Source of the DNA: Candidatus Hydrogenedentota bacterium
GTDB lineage: Bacteria > Hydrogenedentota > Hydrogenedentia > Hydrogenedentales > SLHB01
NCBI GenBank assembly: GCA_963674865.2
Contig: CAXXYE010000009.1
Span: forward strand, 1,600,001 to 1,664,000
Direction of reading: 5' to 3'
DNA: 64,000 nucleotides
This document shows, piece after piece, positions 27,605 through 40,221 of this stretch; within the stretch, counting starts at the first letter, position 1, and the number at the start of each line of letters is the position of its first letter. The notes beneath the pieces were generated by a model that was not told where the DNA came from, did not search any database, and saw only the letters and a list, made by a program, of their open reading frames with translations. Made by a program: the position numbers and the translations under genes.

Positions 27605-27645
27605 ATTTGATCCTTCCTGGCGCTGAATGATAGGGTTTCGGATAG

Positions 27646-29844
<2,199 letters not shown>

Positions 29845-30036
29845 TCCGAATGGCTTACACGTAGTTGTCAGGGGCGGGCTTGTGACGCAAAGCGCCCGTT
29901 CCACGTAACCTGCGCGCATCTCGTTATGCGGCTGTCAGACAAGCGGTTTAACGCCCTTGTTCATCCCAAGTAGCTGGGCTATGATACGAGCGTGTTGAGC
30001 GTCCGCTGATCCTGACTCGGTAATCTGGGATCTTTC

Positions 30037-30810
30037 ATGGTTATTGACAGCCATATGCACGTCCGAGGTAATCCGGACGGATCGTTGGATACGCGCTACT
30101 GCGACGCCATTGTCGAAGCGGGCGATCTCCTGAATATCGATGTCTTCTGTGTCTCGGATCTCAGCCTTACGGGAGATGTCCGGTACGAAGATTTCCATGC
30201 CTCCAACGCGCGGGTCCTCGCCGCGATGGCGCGTCACCCGGCGCGTATCAAGGGCTACTGCTTCGTGAATTCCGGCGATTCGAAGGCGCTCGACGAGATC
30301 AGTCAGCGCGTTGGCGACGAGGGATTCATCGGCATCAAGTTGTACAACCAGTACCGCATCGATGAGCCGGTGGTAGAGCCGGTTATCGAACGAGCGGTTG
30401 CGTGGCAAGTGCCCATTCTCGTTCACGCCGGTTACTTGACCGATCCCAAGGCCAAGGCGGGGCAGCCGCGTTGCAGCGACGCCCGGCATTTCATCAATGT
30501 GGCCAGGCGTTATCCTGAGGCCATGCTGATCGAAGGCCACATCGGCGGCGGCGGTGATTGGCAGTGGACTCTCAAGCACCTTCGAGAGGCGCCGTCGGTG
30601 TTCATGGACACAAGCGGCAGCGTGGTGGATGAGTGGATGATCGACACGTGTGTGCAAGAGCTTGGCGTTGAGCGGGTGCTCTTCGGAACAGATATGACTA
30701 TCGAAGGTGGGATAGGCAAGGTCCTCGACGCGGACCTGAATGATGCACAACGGCAGAAGGTCCTCGGCGGAAACTTCGAGGCGATCATCGCGCGGAGGGC
30801 TGTGCGATGA
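30037..30810 (+). CDS. Amidohydrolase family protein
   Basis: 'IDSHMH', 'GIKL', 'ILVHAG', 'GHIGG', 'LFGTD'. Confidence 0.9.
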   Translation: MVIDSHMHVRGNPDGSLDTRYCDAIVEAGDLLNIDVFCVSDLSLTGDVRYEDFHASNARVLAAMARHPARIKGYCFVNSGDSKALDEISQRVGDEGFIGIKLYNQYRIDEPVVEPVIERAVAWQVPILVHAGYLTDPKAKAGQPRCSDARHFINVARRYPEAMLIEGHIGGGGDWQWTLKHLREAPSVFMDTSGSVVDEWMIDTCVQELGVERVLFGTDMTIEGGIGKVLDADLNDAQRQKVLGGNFEAIIARRAVR

Positions 30811-31583
30811 TCGACTGCAACGCGTTCCTTGGGCATTGGGCTTTCCGCCGGCTCCGGCGAAACGACGCGGATAGCCTGGTGGCGATGATGGACCGATTCA
30901 GCCTGGCCGGGGCGTGTGTAGCCTCGGCGGATGCCATCCTCTACAGGGACTGCCAGTCGGGGAATGACCGTCTCTACGAGGAGACGCGAGCCTACGAGGA
31001 TCGGTTCTGGCTGTATGCGACCTTGAATCCGGCCTATGCCGGGTGGGAGCGCGACCTCGGGCGCTGCGTGGCTCTCGGATTCAAGGCAGTCCGGATGTAT
31101 CCCTATTACCATGGATACGATCTCACGGATGGTGCGGCGGGTCGGCTTGCCGATGCGGCGCGCGAGGCGGGCCTGCCGATCTCCCTGCCGTGCCGGGTGG
31201 TGGACCGGCGGCAGCGCCATTGGATGGACACGGCCGAGGACCTCGACCCAATGGCGGCGGTGGCGTTCGCGGAGGCGCATCCGGGCGCGACGTTTATCCT
31301 TACGGAATCGTTTCTGAGCGGCCCGCCCGAGGCCGACCACTGGCGCAGGATGCGTGGCCTGGATTTCTACGTCGAGATGTCGCGCAGTACGGCCCTCTTG
31401 GACAAGCCGCTCGATGCCATGGTGAAGGCGCTGGGAGCGGAACGCGTGCTGCTCGGCACCGGTTTCCCGTTTAAGAGCCCTTCGCCGGCGTTCTTGAAGA
31501 TCAAGTGTCTCGACGCGGCCCCGGCCTCGAAGGAGCAGATCACGAGCACGAACGCGCGCCGTCTCTTCGGCGCGGGTGGTTGA
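30807..31583 (+). CDS. Amidohydrolase-fold protein with degenerate metal ligands
   Basis: 'IDCNAFLG', 'YPYYHGY', 'RVLLGTGFP'; ATGA overlap with the upstream paralog. Confidence 0.8.
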   Translation: MIDCNAFLGHWAFRRLRRNDADSLVAMMDRFSLAGACVASADAILYRDCQSGNDRLYEETRAYEDRFWLYATLNPAYAGWERDLGRCVALGFKAVRMYPYYHGYDLTDGAAGRLADAAREAGLPISLPCRVVDRRQRHWMDTAEDLDPMAAVAFAEAHPGATFILTESFLSGPPEADHWRRMRGLDFYVEMSRSTALLDKPLDAMVKALGAERVLLGTGFPFKSPSPAFLKIKCLDAAPASKEQITSTNARRLFGAGG

Positions 31584-31630
31584 GCCACCCGCCTTCGGGC
31601 GCACAACCTTGTCTGGAATGCTCAGCACAA

Positions 31631-32617
31631 ATGCACATAGGCCATTTCGAGATTGATCGCCCCCTCATCCTTGCCCCGATGGATGATGTTGGGGACAGTG
31701 TGTTTCGCATGATCTGCAAAGAGCACGGCGCAGATGTCTTGTACACGGAGTTCGCAAACTCCGAGGCGCTTTGCCGCAACGTGCGGAAGACAATGGGGAA
31801 GATCGCCATAGCCGATGCCGAGCGCCCTATAGGCGTCCAGATCTACGGCAGGTCCGAAGAAAGCATGGAGAAAGCCACGGCCGTGGCGGAGGAAGCCTCG
31901 CCGGACTTCATCGATGTAAATTGCGGCTGCTCGGTGAAGAAGATCGCGACGCGGGGCGATGGGGCGGGATTGCTTCGCGACTTGAAGCAGATGGAGCGCG
32001 TTGTTAGGGCGGTTGTCGGCGCGACGCGGCTACCGGTAACGGTGAAAACGCGGCTCGGCTGGGATAGTGAGCATATCGTGATCCTCGACGTTGTCCGTAT
32101 GCTCGAGGATATTGGTGTGCAGGCACTGGCCGTGCATTGCCGTACGCGGGAACAGGGCTACAGCGGCGACGCGGACTGGACTTGGCTGGAGCGGATTAAA
32201 GAGGTCAGCACATTACCTCTAATCGGAAATGGGGACGTTCGCACGCCCGACGACGCGGCGCGTATGTTCAGTACCGGATGCGACGGCGTCATGATCGGGC
32301 GAGGAGCGATCCATAATCCCTGGTTGTTTGAGTATGCCAAGCACTTCCTGGCCACAGGTGAACGCCTGCCCGAGCCCACGATACAGGAGCGGGTGGCGCT
32401 CTGTCTGGAGCATCTCAAACGCGCGGCTGAAGTGAAGGGGGAACAGCGGGCCGTGCGCGAGCACCGCAAGCACTACGTGGGCTATTTCAAGGCGGCTTAC
32501 TGTGTGGCGAAGCTCCGGCGGGACTTAATGACATATACTGAAATCGCGCCTATTGAGGCACGCCTGAGCCGGTTCCTCGAGGAAGTGGCGGCGCGGCCGT
32601 CTGCTTCCGAAGCGTGA
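31631..32617 (+). CDS. dusB: tRNA-dihydrouridine synthase
   Basis: 'LAPM', 'VQIYG', 'DVNCGC', 'TVKTRLGWD', 'VHCRTR', 'GNGDV', 'GVMIGRGA'. Confidence 0.92.
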   Translation: MHIGHFEIDRPLILAPMDDVGDSVFRMICKEHGADVLYTEFANSEALCRNVRKTMGKIAIADAERPIGVQIYGRSEESMEKATAVAEEASPDFIDVNCGCSVKKIATRGDGAGLLRDLKQMERVVRAVVGATRLPVTVKTRLGWDSEHIVILDVVRMLEDIGVQALAVHCRTREQGYSGDADWTWLERIKEVSTLPLIGNGDVRTPDDAARMFSTGCDGVMIGRGAIHNPWLFEYAKHFLATGERLPEPTIQERVALCLEHLKRAAEVKGEQRAVREHRKHYVGYFKAAYCVAKLRRDLMTYTEIAPIEARLSRFLEEVAARPSASEA

Positions 32618-32668
32618 GGGAGGCTACCGATTCGCTATGTGGTGTGGCCGAGTGAAGAAAGGGACGTA

Positions 32669-33361
32669 ATGACGTTGGAAACGCTCAAACAGGTCGTGTT
32701 GGAGGCCAACCTTGCCCTTGTTCGCAAGGGCCTGGTCTTCATGACATGGGGCAACGCAAGCGCCATTGACCGTGAGCGCGGCTTGATCGTTATCAAGCCG
32801 AGCGGCGTGCCTTACGAGACGATGCGGGCGGAACAAATGGTGGCCGTGGATATCGAGGGGGCCGTGGTCGAAGGTGAGCTGAAACCCTCCGTGGACACGG
32901 CAACGCACCTGGTTCTGTACAAGGCGTTCGGCGATGTTGGCGGCATCGTTCACACGCATTCGCATTACGCTACAGTTTGGGCTCAGGCCGGATTGGCTAT
33001 TCCATGTTTCGGGACGACGCACGCGGACCATTTCTACGGCGAAGTGCCTGTGACGGAAGGGCTTACGGCTGAGGAGGTGGCCGGAGACTATGAACGCAGT
33101 ATTGGGGAGGCGATAGTCCGCCGGTACGCCGAAATGAATCCGATGGAGCATCCGGCGGTTCTTGCGGCGCAGCACGGCCCGTTTACATGGGGCGCGACAC
33201 TAGGCAAGGCGGTTGAGAATGCCCTTGCACTCGAGGAGGTGGCCCGGATGGCGCTGGATACCGTGCGTTTGGCCCCAGATACGCCGCCCATTGGCCCTTA
33301 CCTACTCACGAAGCATTTCTTGCGGAAACACGGCGGGGAGGCCTACTACGGCCAGCAATAG
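32669..33361 (+). CDS. araD: L-ribulose-5-phosphate 4-epimerase
   Basis: 'TWGNAS', 'IKPSGV', 'PSVDTATH', 'VHTHS', 'GTTHADHF', 'HFLRKHG..AYYGQ'. Confidence 0.95.
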   Translation: MTLETLKQVVLEANLALVRKGLVFMTWGNASAIDRERGLIVIKPSGVPYETMRAEQMVAVDIEGAVVEGELKPSVDTATHLVLYKAFGDVGGIVHTHSHYATVWAQAGLAIPCFGTTHADHFYGEVPVTEGLTAEEVAGDYERSIGEAIVRRYAEMNPMEHPAVLAAQHGPFTWGATLGKAVENALALEEVARMALDTVRLAPDTPPIGPYLLTKHFLRKHGGEAYYGQQ

Positions 33362-33381
33362 CTTAAGCCGGGAATGAAAAG

Positions 33382-33413
33382 CAACGAGGCGCCCCATGTG
33401 GGACGCCTCGTTG
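33382..33413. terminator. Hairpin between convergent araD and trpB2
   Basis: caacgaggcg...cgcctcgttg stem; cttttc follows on the minus strand. Confidence 0.55.
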
Positions 33414-33472
33414 AGCTCTACGAATGTTGCGAAGTCGTCTCCCCGGTTGTATTGCCGGGAATTTACCTCGCT

Positions 33473-34840
33473 CTACGCCTCCACCTTCGGGAGCCTTTGG
33501 AGCGAAGCCTCGATCTCAGTCTGTGGATACTCGTAATCCTTCAACTTGCCCGCCAGGTAGGCCTCATACGCGGCCATGTCTACGTGGCCGTGGCCGCTAT
33601 GGGTAAGCAGGATGACCTTCTCTTCGCCCGTCTCTTTGCACTTCAGGGCTTCCTCAATGGTGGCCCGAACGGCGTGGTTGCTTTCGGGAGCGCCGATGAT
33701 CCCCTCATTGCGCGCGAAGGTAAGGCCCGCCTCGAAGGTGGCCAACTGGTGGACTGCCTTCGCCTCGACGAGGCCCAGCTTGAGGGCGTGGCAGATGATT
33801 GGCGCCATGCCGTGATAGCGCAGGCCGCCGGCGTGGACGGGCGCCGGGATGAAGTTGTGGCCCAAGGTGTACATCTTGAGCAGAGGCGTCATGCCCGCTT
33901 CGTCGCCGAAGTCATACGCGTAGGGCCCGCGTGTCAAGGTCGGGCAACTCGCGGGCTCGACGTTGACGATGCGAAGATCAGGCTTGGTGCCGTCGATCTT
34001 GTCCTTGAGGAAGGGCAAGTACATGCCCGCGAAGTTCGACCCGCCGCCGACGCAGCCAATGATCACATCGGGATAGACGTCCGCCATTTCAAGCTGCTTC
34101 TTCGTTTCGAGGCCGATGATGGTCTGATGAAGCAGGACGTGATTCAGCACGCTGCCCAAGGAGTAGTGCGTGTCATCGCGGGATACGGCCTCTTCGACCG
34201 CTTCGCTGATCGCGAGTCCAAGGCTGCCGGGGCAGTCGGGATCCTTCTCAAGCATGGCGCGCCCGGCGTTCGTATCGGGACTAGGACTCGGTACGCACGT
34301 GCCGCCCCAAGTCTCCATCATGACTCGCCGGTAAGGCTTCTGATGGTAGCTGATGGCGACCATGTAGACTTTGATCTCGACGCCGAAGCAGGCGCCGGCG
34401 AAGCATAGGGAGCTGCCCCACTGCCCTGCGCCCGTCTCGGTGCTGATGCGGTTGATGCCTTCGACTTTATTGTAATAGACTTGGGCTACGGCCGTGTTCG
34501 GCTTGTGGCTTCCGGGCGGACTGGTGCCCTCGTACTTGTAGAAGATCTTGGCGGGCGTATCGAGGGCCTTTTCGAGGCGGTGGGCTCGCCACAACGTTGT
34601 GGGCCGCCAGAGCCTGAGGACATCCTGGACCTCCTCCGGGATGTCGATCCATCGCTCCGTGCTGACCTCTTGCTTGATCAGCTCCATGGGAAAGAGCGGC
34701 GCCAGGTCCTCGGGGCCGATCGGTTTCCCTGTTCCAGGATGCAGTACCGGCGGCAGCGGCTCAGGCAGGTCGGCCTGAATGTTGTACCACTGAGTCGGCA
34801 TGTCCTTCTCATCAAGAACGAATTTAGTCCGCTTGTCCAT
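33473..34840 (-). CDS. trpB2: TrpB2-type tryptophan synthase beta-like PLP enzyme
   Basis: 'PTQWYNI', 'GSHKPNTA', 'TETGAGQWG', 'GGGSNFAG', 'HAGGLRYHG'; GGAGG RBS before 34840. Confidence 0.95.
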   Translation of the reverse strand: MDKRTKFVLDEKDMPTQWYNIQADLPEPLPPVLHPGTGKPIGPEDLAPLFPMELIKQEVSTERWIDIPEEVQDVLRLWRPTTLWRAHRLEKALDTPAKIFYKYEGTSPPGSHKPNTAVAQVYYNKVEGINRISTETGAGQWGSSLCFAGACFGVEIKVYMVAISYHQKPYRRVMMETWGGTCVPSPSPDTNAGRAMLEKDPDCPGSLGLAISEAVEEAVSRDDTHYSLGSVLNHVLLHQTIIGLETKKQLEMADVYPDVIIGCVGGGSNFAGMYLPFLKDKIDGTKPDLRIVNVEPASCPTLTRGPYAYDFGDEAGMTPLLKMYTLGHNFIPAPVHAGGLRYHGMAPIICHALKLGLVEAKAVHQLATFEAGLTFARNEGIIGAPESNHAVRATIEEALKCKETGEEKVILLTHSGHGHVDMAAYEAYLAGKLKDYEYPQTEIEASLQRLPKVEA

Positions 34841-35044
34841 ATCTTCTCCTCCGGATATCAGACAGTAAAGCATAATGCCCCGCACTGGGAGCAAACAGCA
34901 TACACGATTTCCATGCCGAGGCCAAGTTTCATCTGTCTCCATAGAGAGATGCGGACGAGGGATAACCGGGAGCGGATTGACGGCCCTGCCACACCATGGT
35001 ATATTTCAAAGGGATGATTGCTGTCCCTACGGAGGTTGAAAAAA

Positions 35045-36007
35045 ATGACCACATTGCGCACAAGGGGGTTCACGCTCATCGAGCTTCTGGTGGTGATCGC
35101 CATTATCGGCATTCTCGCTGGTTTCACGCTGTTGGGCGTGGGAAAGATGTTCGAACGGGCCAATATCACGGACTGTACCAACGACTTCAACCAGCTTCGG
35201 ACGGCCATGACGCAGTACTATACGGACAATAGCTCGTATCCGCCGGCCTATGGCTATCTGCGCTGGGAAGTGCACAACAAGTACGATCCCAAAAACTACC
35301 GGCCCGGCTCTACAACCCTTGTGCCCAGCGACTTCTGGAATCGGCCATACACCGTATTCATCGGCCAATACGGCGCCACAGAGCTGTATGACAGGTTTTC
35401 TGAGGCGGGATATGACACGAACGACGACGGTGTGGTCGAGCCGAGCGAGTTCCTGCCTCTAGGGCACACCGACCGGGCGACGGGCAAGGTGTCTTTCCCC
35501 TCCGCCATCTACTCCTTCCACGATTCGGACTATGATTTCGCGTCCATGTTGGAGAAGATGAGCAAAGAAGAACGCCCCTATATCTATATCCCCGTCAATC
35601 TCGACCAATTTAGGCTGGCAAACCGCTATTTTTACGAAAACGACTTTAGGTATGCCGAAGAGTGGGATCCGGACAACAAGTATCTGAAACGCCTAACCTT
35701 TCCGCCGGCGCGATATGATGCCTTTGTCCTGATCAGCATAGGCCCATCCGCGAACACGTACGGCGTAGCGACGCCTCCCCGGCCGGAGAATCTGAGCGAC
35801 GGCCAATGGGCGCAGCTTAAGCCGTATCAATACCATATCAACGCGCTTCGCATTTACTTCCTTGCCACCCGCGACGCAAACGATAACAACGAACTGGACT
35901 TCGATTATATGGCGCGTATGCGCGGAGACGAGGCCGGGGCCGACGGCAATCAGCTGCCGGACCCGCTCTTGCCCAATGCGCCCGGCCCGATGATCTACGT
36001 GCCATAG
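35045..36007 (+). CDS. Type IV pilin/T2SS pseudopilin-like protein
   Basis: '[19 protein letters not shown]'; GspG-like late motif 'FVLISIGP'; no H-X9-DG. Confidence 0.85.
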   Translation: MTTLRTRGFTLIELLVVIAIIGILAGFTLLGVGKMFERANITDCTNDFNQLRTAMTQYYTDNSSYPPAYGYLRWEVHNKYDPKNYRPGSTTLVPSDFWNRPYTVFIGQYGATELYDRFSEAGYDTNDDGVVEPSEFLPLGHTDRATGKVSFPSAIYSFHDSDYDFASMLEKMSKEERPYIYIPVNLDQFRLANRYFYENDFRYAEEWDPDNKYLKRLTFPPARYDAFVLISIGPSANTYGVATPPRPENLSDGQWAQLKPYQYHINALRIYFLATRDANDNNELDFDYMARMRGDEAGADGNQLPDPLLPNAPGPMIYVP

Positions 36008-36082
36008 CGCGGAAGCGGTAAGGAGACTCCGCCACACGGTGGAGGTGAGGTGTGTCCCGGCGTCAGGGGCCCAGCGCGGCCG

Positions 36083-37381
36083 CTACTCCTTCCTTCTTCT
36101 TCTCGGCGAACCGACGTTGTGGGCTATCTTTGCCCGGCCTTTGGCGCGGTTGACAATACGCCGCTTGCCGGTGACGACATTCTCCGTGATGATGGCCCGT
36201 TCGACTCCCTTTTCAAGCAGCACTTGGGGCCTGTCTTCCTTGAATTCGCAGCCACGCACGAGGATTGTTCCGCCCTTGGCTTCGATGGCATGAATCTCTT
36301 TGTCTTCACGGTGGCCCCAGTGAACGAAAGTGCAATCGCTGAATCCGACTGTGCCCTTGCCGTCGACGACGGCGATGCGGTTGCACGGCCCCCAGAAGGC
36401 GCAGTTGACGAAACGGATGGAGCCGGTGTTGCTCTCCTCGACGCGGACCATGGTGGGATCAGGGCCGTGAAACGAGACGAACTCCCCGTTCGTGATGAGG
36501 ACGCCGTAGGGAGCGCATTGCTCAACAACGAGGGCCGTGTAGCAATCGTCGGCGCCGATGCCTAAGAAATTGCCGTTGGTAATGCCTTTCTCGGTTTCGA
36601 TGAACTTGTAGCCCACGTTGTAGCCAAAGCAGAACGTGTTCAGCACGTACTGCCAGTCCGTCCGGCCGAAAATGAAGGCCGTTGCGTGGTGCATCTGCCA
36701 CTGGAATAGCTCTTTCTCCATCGACCACCACGGATTCCAATGGACATTCTCGATGCGTCCAATATCGTAGATCTGATCGACGTACACGCCGATGTGCAGT
36801 GGCTGCCCGTGGACATTCCGGATCAGATGGCGTTGATTCCGGGAAGCGTCGATGGCGTTGTACGGATTCAGGAGTTCGACGTCGATGACGGCGGGATTAT
36901 TGCCGCGCATGGCCACGGTGTAGGGATAGGGCGTCGGAGCCGGACCTTTGGGATCCTGATCCGGATAAAACACGCAAACGCCTCGCAGCGTCGCGTTCGT
37001 CTGCAACAGAATGAATGGAGGGCCTTCTTCAGAACCGGCATTGGCGCGCGGCATCAGCACGGAGCCGTACACAGGCTTCTCATCATTTCTGTCACGCACG
37101 CCGGCATGGGCCGGTGCGTAAGGGGAGATTCCGGCGAGGGCGACCTCCTTGGGCACTTCGAGCGAGCCCGCGAAGCTGTATCGCCCCGTTGGCACGAACA
37201 CGGTTCCGCCACCGGCGGCGCTCGCGGCGTTGAGGGCCTGCTGAAAGGCGCTTGTGTTATCGCTCTCTCCGTCCGGCACGGCGCCGAAATCGAGAACGTT
37301 CCAGGTGGCGTCCTTGGGGACGTCGGCCTGCGCGGCCGCTCCCATAACCATGGCCGCTGCCAAGAGTGCCAGTGCTCTCAT
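36083..37381 (-). CDS. Secreted pectate-lyase-superfamily beta-helix protein
   Basis: 'NVLDFGAVPDGESDNTSAFQQAL...GGGTVFVPTGRY'; signal peptide. Confidence 0.85.
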   Translation of the reverse strand: MRALALLAAAMVMGAAAQADVPKDATWNVLDFGAVPDGESDNTSAFQQALNAASAAGGGTVFVPTGRYSFAGSLEVPKEVALAGISPYAPAHAGVRDRNDEKPVYGSVLMPRANAGSEEGPPFILLQTNATLRGVCVFYPDQDPKGPAPTPYPYTVAMRGNNPAVIDVELLNPYNAIDASRNQRHLIRNVHGQPLHIGVYVDQIYDIGRIENVHWNPWWSMEKELFQWQMHHATAFIFGRTDWQYVLNTFCFGYNVGYKFIETEKGITNGNFLGIGADDCYTALVVEQCAPYGVLITNGEFVSFHGPDPTMVRVEESNTGSIRFVNCAFWGPCNRIAVVDGKGTVGFSDCTFVHWGHREDKEIHAIEAKGGTILVRGCEFKEDRPQVLLEKGVERAIITENVVTGKRRIVNRAKGRAKIAHNVGSPRRRRKE

Positions 37382-37399
37382 ATTCGCGCTCCTTTCCGC

Positions 37400-38512
37400 T
37401 TAATCTTCCGTTCTGTCTATATCACGCTCCCCGGGGGGACTTCCCTCGTCTGCCGCTTGCCTGCCTCGCGCGGCGACGGCCATGAGAATGACGACAATCG
37501 CGATGATGGCGAGCCCCTGCAAGAGGCCGAGGGCGCTATCCAGTAGTGATGCGCCGTTTCGGAGCAGGATGGCGGTGACGCCCATGGCGATGGCGACAAG
37601 GTAGATGAATAAAACCGCCCGGCGCTCGGTGAATCCTATCCACGTCAGCCGGTGGGAGAGGTGGTCGAGCGAGCAATGCGAGATGATCTGATAGAGGGTG
37701 CGCGTTTGTCCCTTGAGGATACGGGCAAAGATGATATAGGCGAAGTCGAAGATGGGCACGCCGAGGATGAGCATCGGGATGGTGCAGGAGATCACTCGGC
37801 TCTCCGTCCATTCTCCCATAACGCCGAGGGCCGCCAAGGTGAATCCGAGGAAGAACGAGCCGGAATCGCCCATAAACACCTTCGCGGGCTTGAAATTATA
37901 GACGAGGAAGCCGAGATTGGCTCCGATGAGTCCCGCCGCCAACAGGCCGAACCACGCCAGGTTCTCCTTTCCCGTGGCGCGAAAAGTCTGCACGGCGATC
38001 GTGAGGTAGATGCCCGACACGATCACGGCCACGCCCGAGGCCAGCCCGTCCATATTATCGAGGGCATTGAAGGCGCTCGTAACGCCGACAATCCACAGCA
38101 CCGTTAGCAGGAGGTCGAGGGGATAGAACTTAAACAGATTGAGCGTGACGCCGTAGAGAGACATGATGACGGTTACGCCGACAAGCGTGGCGAGTTTCAA
38201 GACGGCAGGAATGCCGCGCAGGTCGTCCACGGCGCCTACCACAAGGCAGATGGCCGCGCCAAGCATGACGCCTTTCATCGGATTATCGCGGTAGTTCGGA
38301 TAGAGGACCGCGACGGCAAAGGCCAGGAACAGGACAATACCGCCTCCTCTCGGGATGGCGCGCTTGTGGAGTTTGCCCGGACTGGCCTGATCCACCATGC
38401 CGAGGCGGCGCAGCATAACGATGCCTACAGGCATGAGCAAGACGGCCGTAATGAAGGCGATGAAGGTAACGTGGATATAGGTACGAAGCCACGGGTGTAG
38501 TGCCCAGAACAT
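37400..38512 (-). CDS. MraY/WecA-family undecaprenyl-phosphate HexNAc-1-P transferase
   Basis: 'KLH..IPRGGG', 'GAVDD', 'AFNALDNMDGLA', 'NFKPAKVFMGDSGS', 'DHLSHRL'. Confidence 0.92.
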   Translation of the reverse strand: MFWALHPWLRTYIHVTFIAFITAVLLMPVGIVMLRRLGMVDQASPGKLHKRAIPRGGGIVLFLAFAVAVLYPNYRDNPMKGVMLGAAICLVVGAVDDLRGIPAVLKLATLVGVTVIMSLYGVTLNLFKFYPLDLLLTVLWIVGVTSAFNALDNMDGLASGVAVIVSGIYLTIAVQTFRATGKENLAWFGLLAAGLIGANLGFLVYNFKPAKVFMGDSGSFFLGFTLAALGVMGEWTESRVISCTIPMLILGVPIFDFAYIIFARILKGQTRTLYQIISHCSLDHLSHRLTWIGFTERRAVLFIYLVAIAMGVTAILLRNGASLLDSALGLLQGLAIIAIVVILMAVAARGRQAADEGSPPGERDIDRTED

Positions 38513-38666
38513 CTCATCTCCGCTGTGTCGCCTGCGCGAGGCGCGTGGCTCGTGCAGAGGGCGAAGCCGCGGTTCCGCATCGAAAGGCCCGGCGCCCGCC
38601 AGCGCTCTTAGGTGGTGACGGCATCTTAGCGCGTATGCGGCGGGAATTCCAGGATGCCCGAGGTCG

Positions 38667-39368
38667 TTACTCAGCGCCGCGCATGAGGATCGGCAAGGCA
38701 TTCGGCCCGCAGTTCATGAGCAGATCGAGGATAGCGAGGTCGGGGATGAAGGGGCCATGGAGCTGGGAGTAGGTGGGGGCTTGCCAGTGCTGGAGTTCAA
38801 GGCCGATGCCCGCCCGGGCGAAGAGGTCGACGTCCAGATACGCCTCTGCCGCATAGGCGCCGCTGTAATAGCGGCGGCCGCCCACGGCCTCGATGAGGTT
38901 CACGAGGCGCTCCGTCGCTTCGCCGTCCACATCAAACTCGGAAGCAGCCACCACGCGTGTTCCAACGCCAAGAAGTTCGAGAACGCCATCGAGCATAGAC
39001 CGGTTCAGCTCATTCAGGAAAGTCCATTCCCGGCTGTAGGTTCGCTCGACAAGGGGGCAAACGAGGTCGAAGAAGGGGGCTTTGGCATAGCTCTGTCGGA
39101 TGGTACCTGCGTGCTTTTTGCGCCAGGGCGCGCTGTTGTCAATCCGGATATCCTTAAGAGGCTGGCCGAGCTTGGCGTGCACCGGCACGGTAAGCACCGT
39201 AGGACCGGCCGCGGTCTTGATCTTATTGCGGTTCTGCCAATCGTTTTTCGTGAACTGAACCGTGTCCAAGAGGATGAACACGTCGGCCCGGACAATCTTC
39301 TCGAAATACCGCAGCCATGGCAGGTAATGAGGCTGATGAATAGCGACAAGCATGCTTGTGTCGTTCAT
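38667..39368 (-). CDS. WbqC family protein
   Basis: 'AIHQPHYLPW', 'WQNRNKI', 'YSQLHGPFIPDLAILDLLMNCGP'. Confidence 0.92.
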   Translation of the reverse strand: MNDTSMLVAIHQPHYLPWLRYFEKIVRADVFILLDTVQFTKNDWQNRNKIKTAAGPTVLTVPVHAKLGQPLKDIRIDNSAPWRKKHAGTIRQSYAKAPFFDLVCPLVERTYSREWTFLNELNRSMLDGVLELLGVGTRVVAASEFDVDGEATERLVNLIEAVGGRRYYSGAYAAEAYLDVDLFARAGIGLELQHWQAPTYSQLHGPFIPDLAILDLLMNCGPNALPILMRGAE

Positions 39369-39446
39369 TGTCCCGCTTGGCCGGAACAGGCAAAAAACAC
39401 CCCCGCGTCTGAGGACGCCGGAGCGAGGCCGTATCGCGCCGCGGTG

Positions 39447-39641
39447 TTAGCGAATATCCGCGTCAAACCACTTGAGGACGGCCATCATGCCCCGGGCCTG
39501 CTTGAGCATAGTGGCTTTGAGGCCGCGTTTGCGCAACTTCTCCTTGGCCTCATGGCGTGATCGCGCTATCACCACCCCGCCCACGAACGACTTCTCTTCG
39601 TCGCCCTCTGCACGAATCGCATGGTACTCATATGCCGGCAT
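39447..39641 (-). CDS. 64-aa protein resembling the N-terminal cytoplasmic segment of PilC/GspF
   Basis: 'MPAYEYHA...GVVIARSRHEAKEKLRKRGL'; GGAG RBS upstream. Confidence 0.6.
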   Translation of the reverse strand: MPAYEYHAIRAEGDEEKSFVGGVVIARSRHEAKEKLRKRGLKATMLKQARGMMAVLKWFDADIR

Positions 39642-40221
39642 AGACCATTCTCCCGGGCCGCCGATCGCCCAGTCTCTGTCCGTCCTGCGGATGACTCGCG
39701 GAGCGCACACAATTGCCTGTGAGCCCGTCAGACGAGGCGATTGTAGCACGCCCGCCCGGCATTGCCAACCTGGTTTTGCCGCTCCAGAGCCGTCGCCCCG
39801 TTCTCAATGCCAAACGCCCGCTGCTTGCCAATGCGCATAGGACAGCCACTAGATGGAACGCGTGAGACAGCGACACCGGCGGGATTCGACAACTTCTGAA
39901 ACGCGGGGAATCCCTGTGCCGTAGCGTCGCAATGAGTTGTGTGAACACCGAGAACTGGAATATGGCACCGATGGATACGAAGACGCCGGATAGCGCACCG
40001 GTAGAATCTGCCTTCGCGGGACTCCGCTACCTGCGCGTACTTGCCGCCCAGCTCGGAGGCGTGCCCCCCACGAGCACCGGGCCGGCGCCGCCCGACGCCA
40101 GCATCCTCCCCGCCCACGAGATCGTTGTCGTCGTTTTCAGCCAAGCCTATTTCCCCGAACTGTGAGGAGTGCTCGGATTGTCGCACGCCAAGCCGCCAAG
40201 CAAATGCGCGGGGGATGGATG

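Noticed and set aside
39932..40165. 77-aa ORF with faint resemblance to an IS4-type transposase N-terminus ('AGLRYLRVL')
   Set aside because: Too short and weak; no TIRs or DDE remnants visible, so it cannot be supported without a search.
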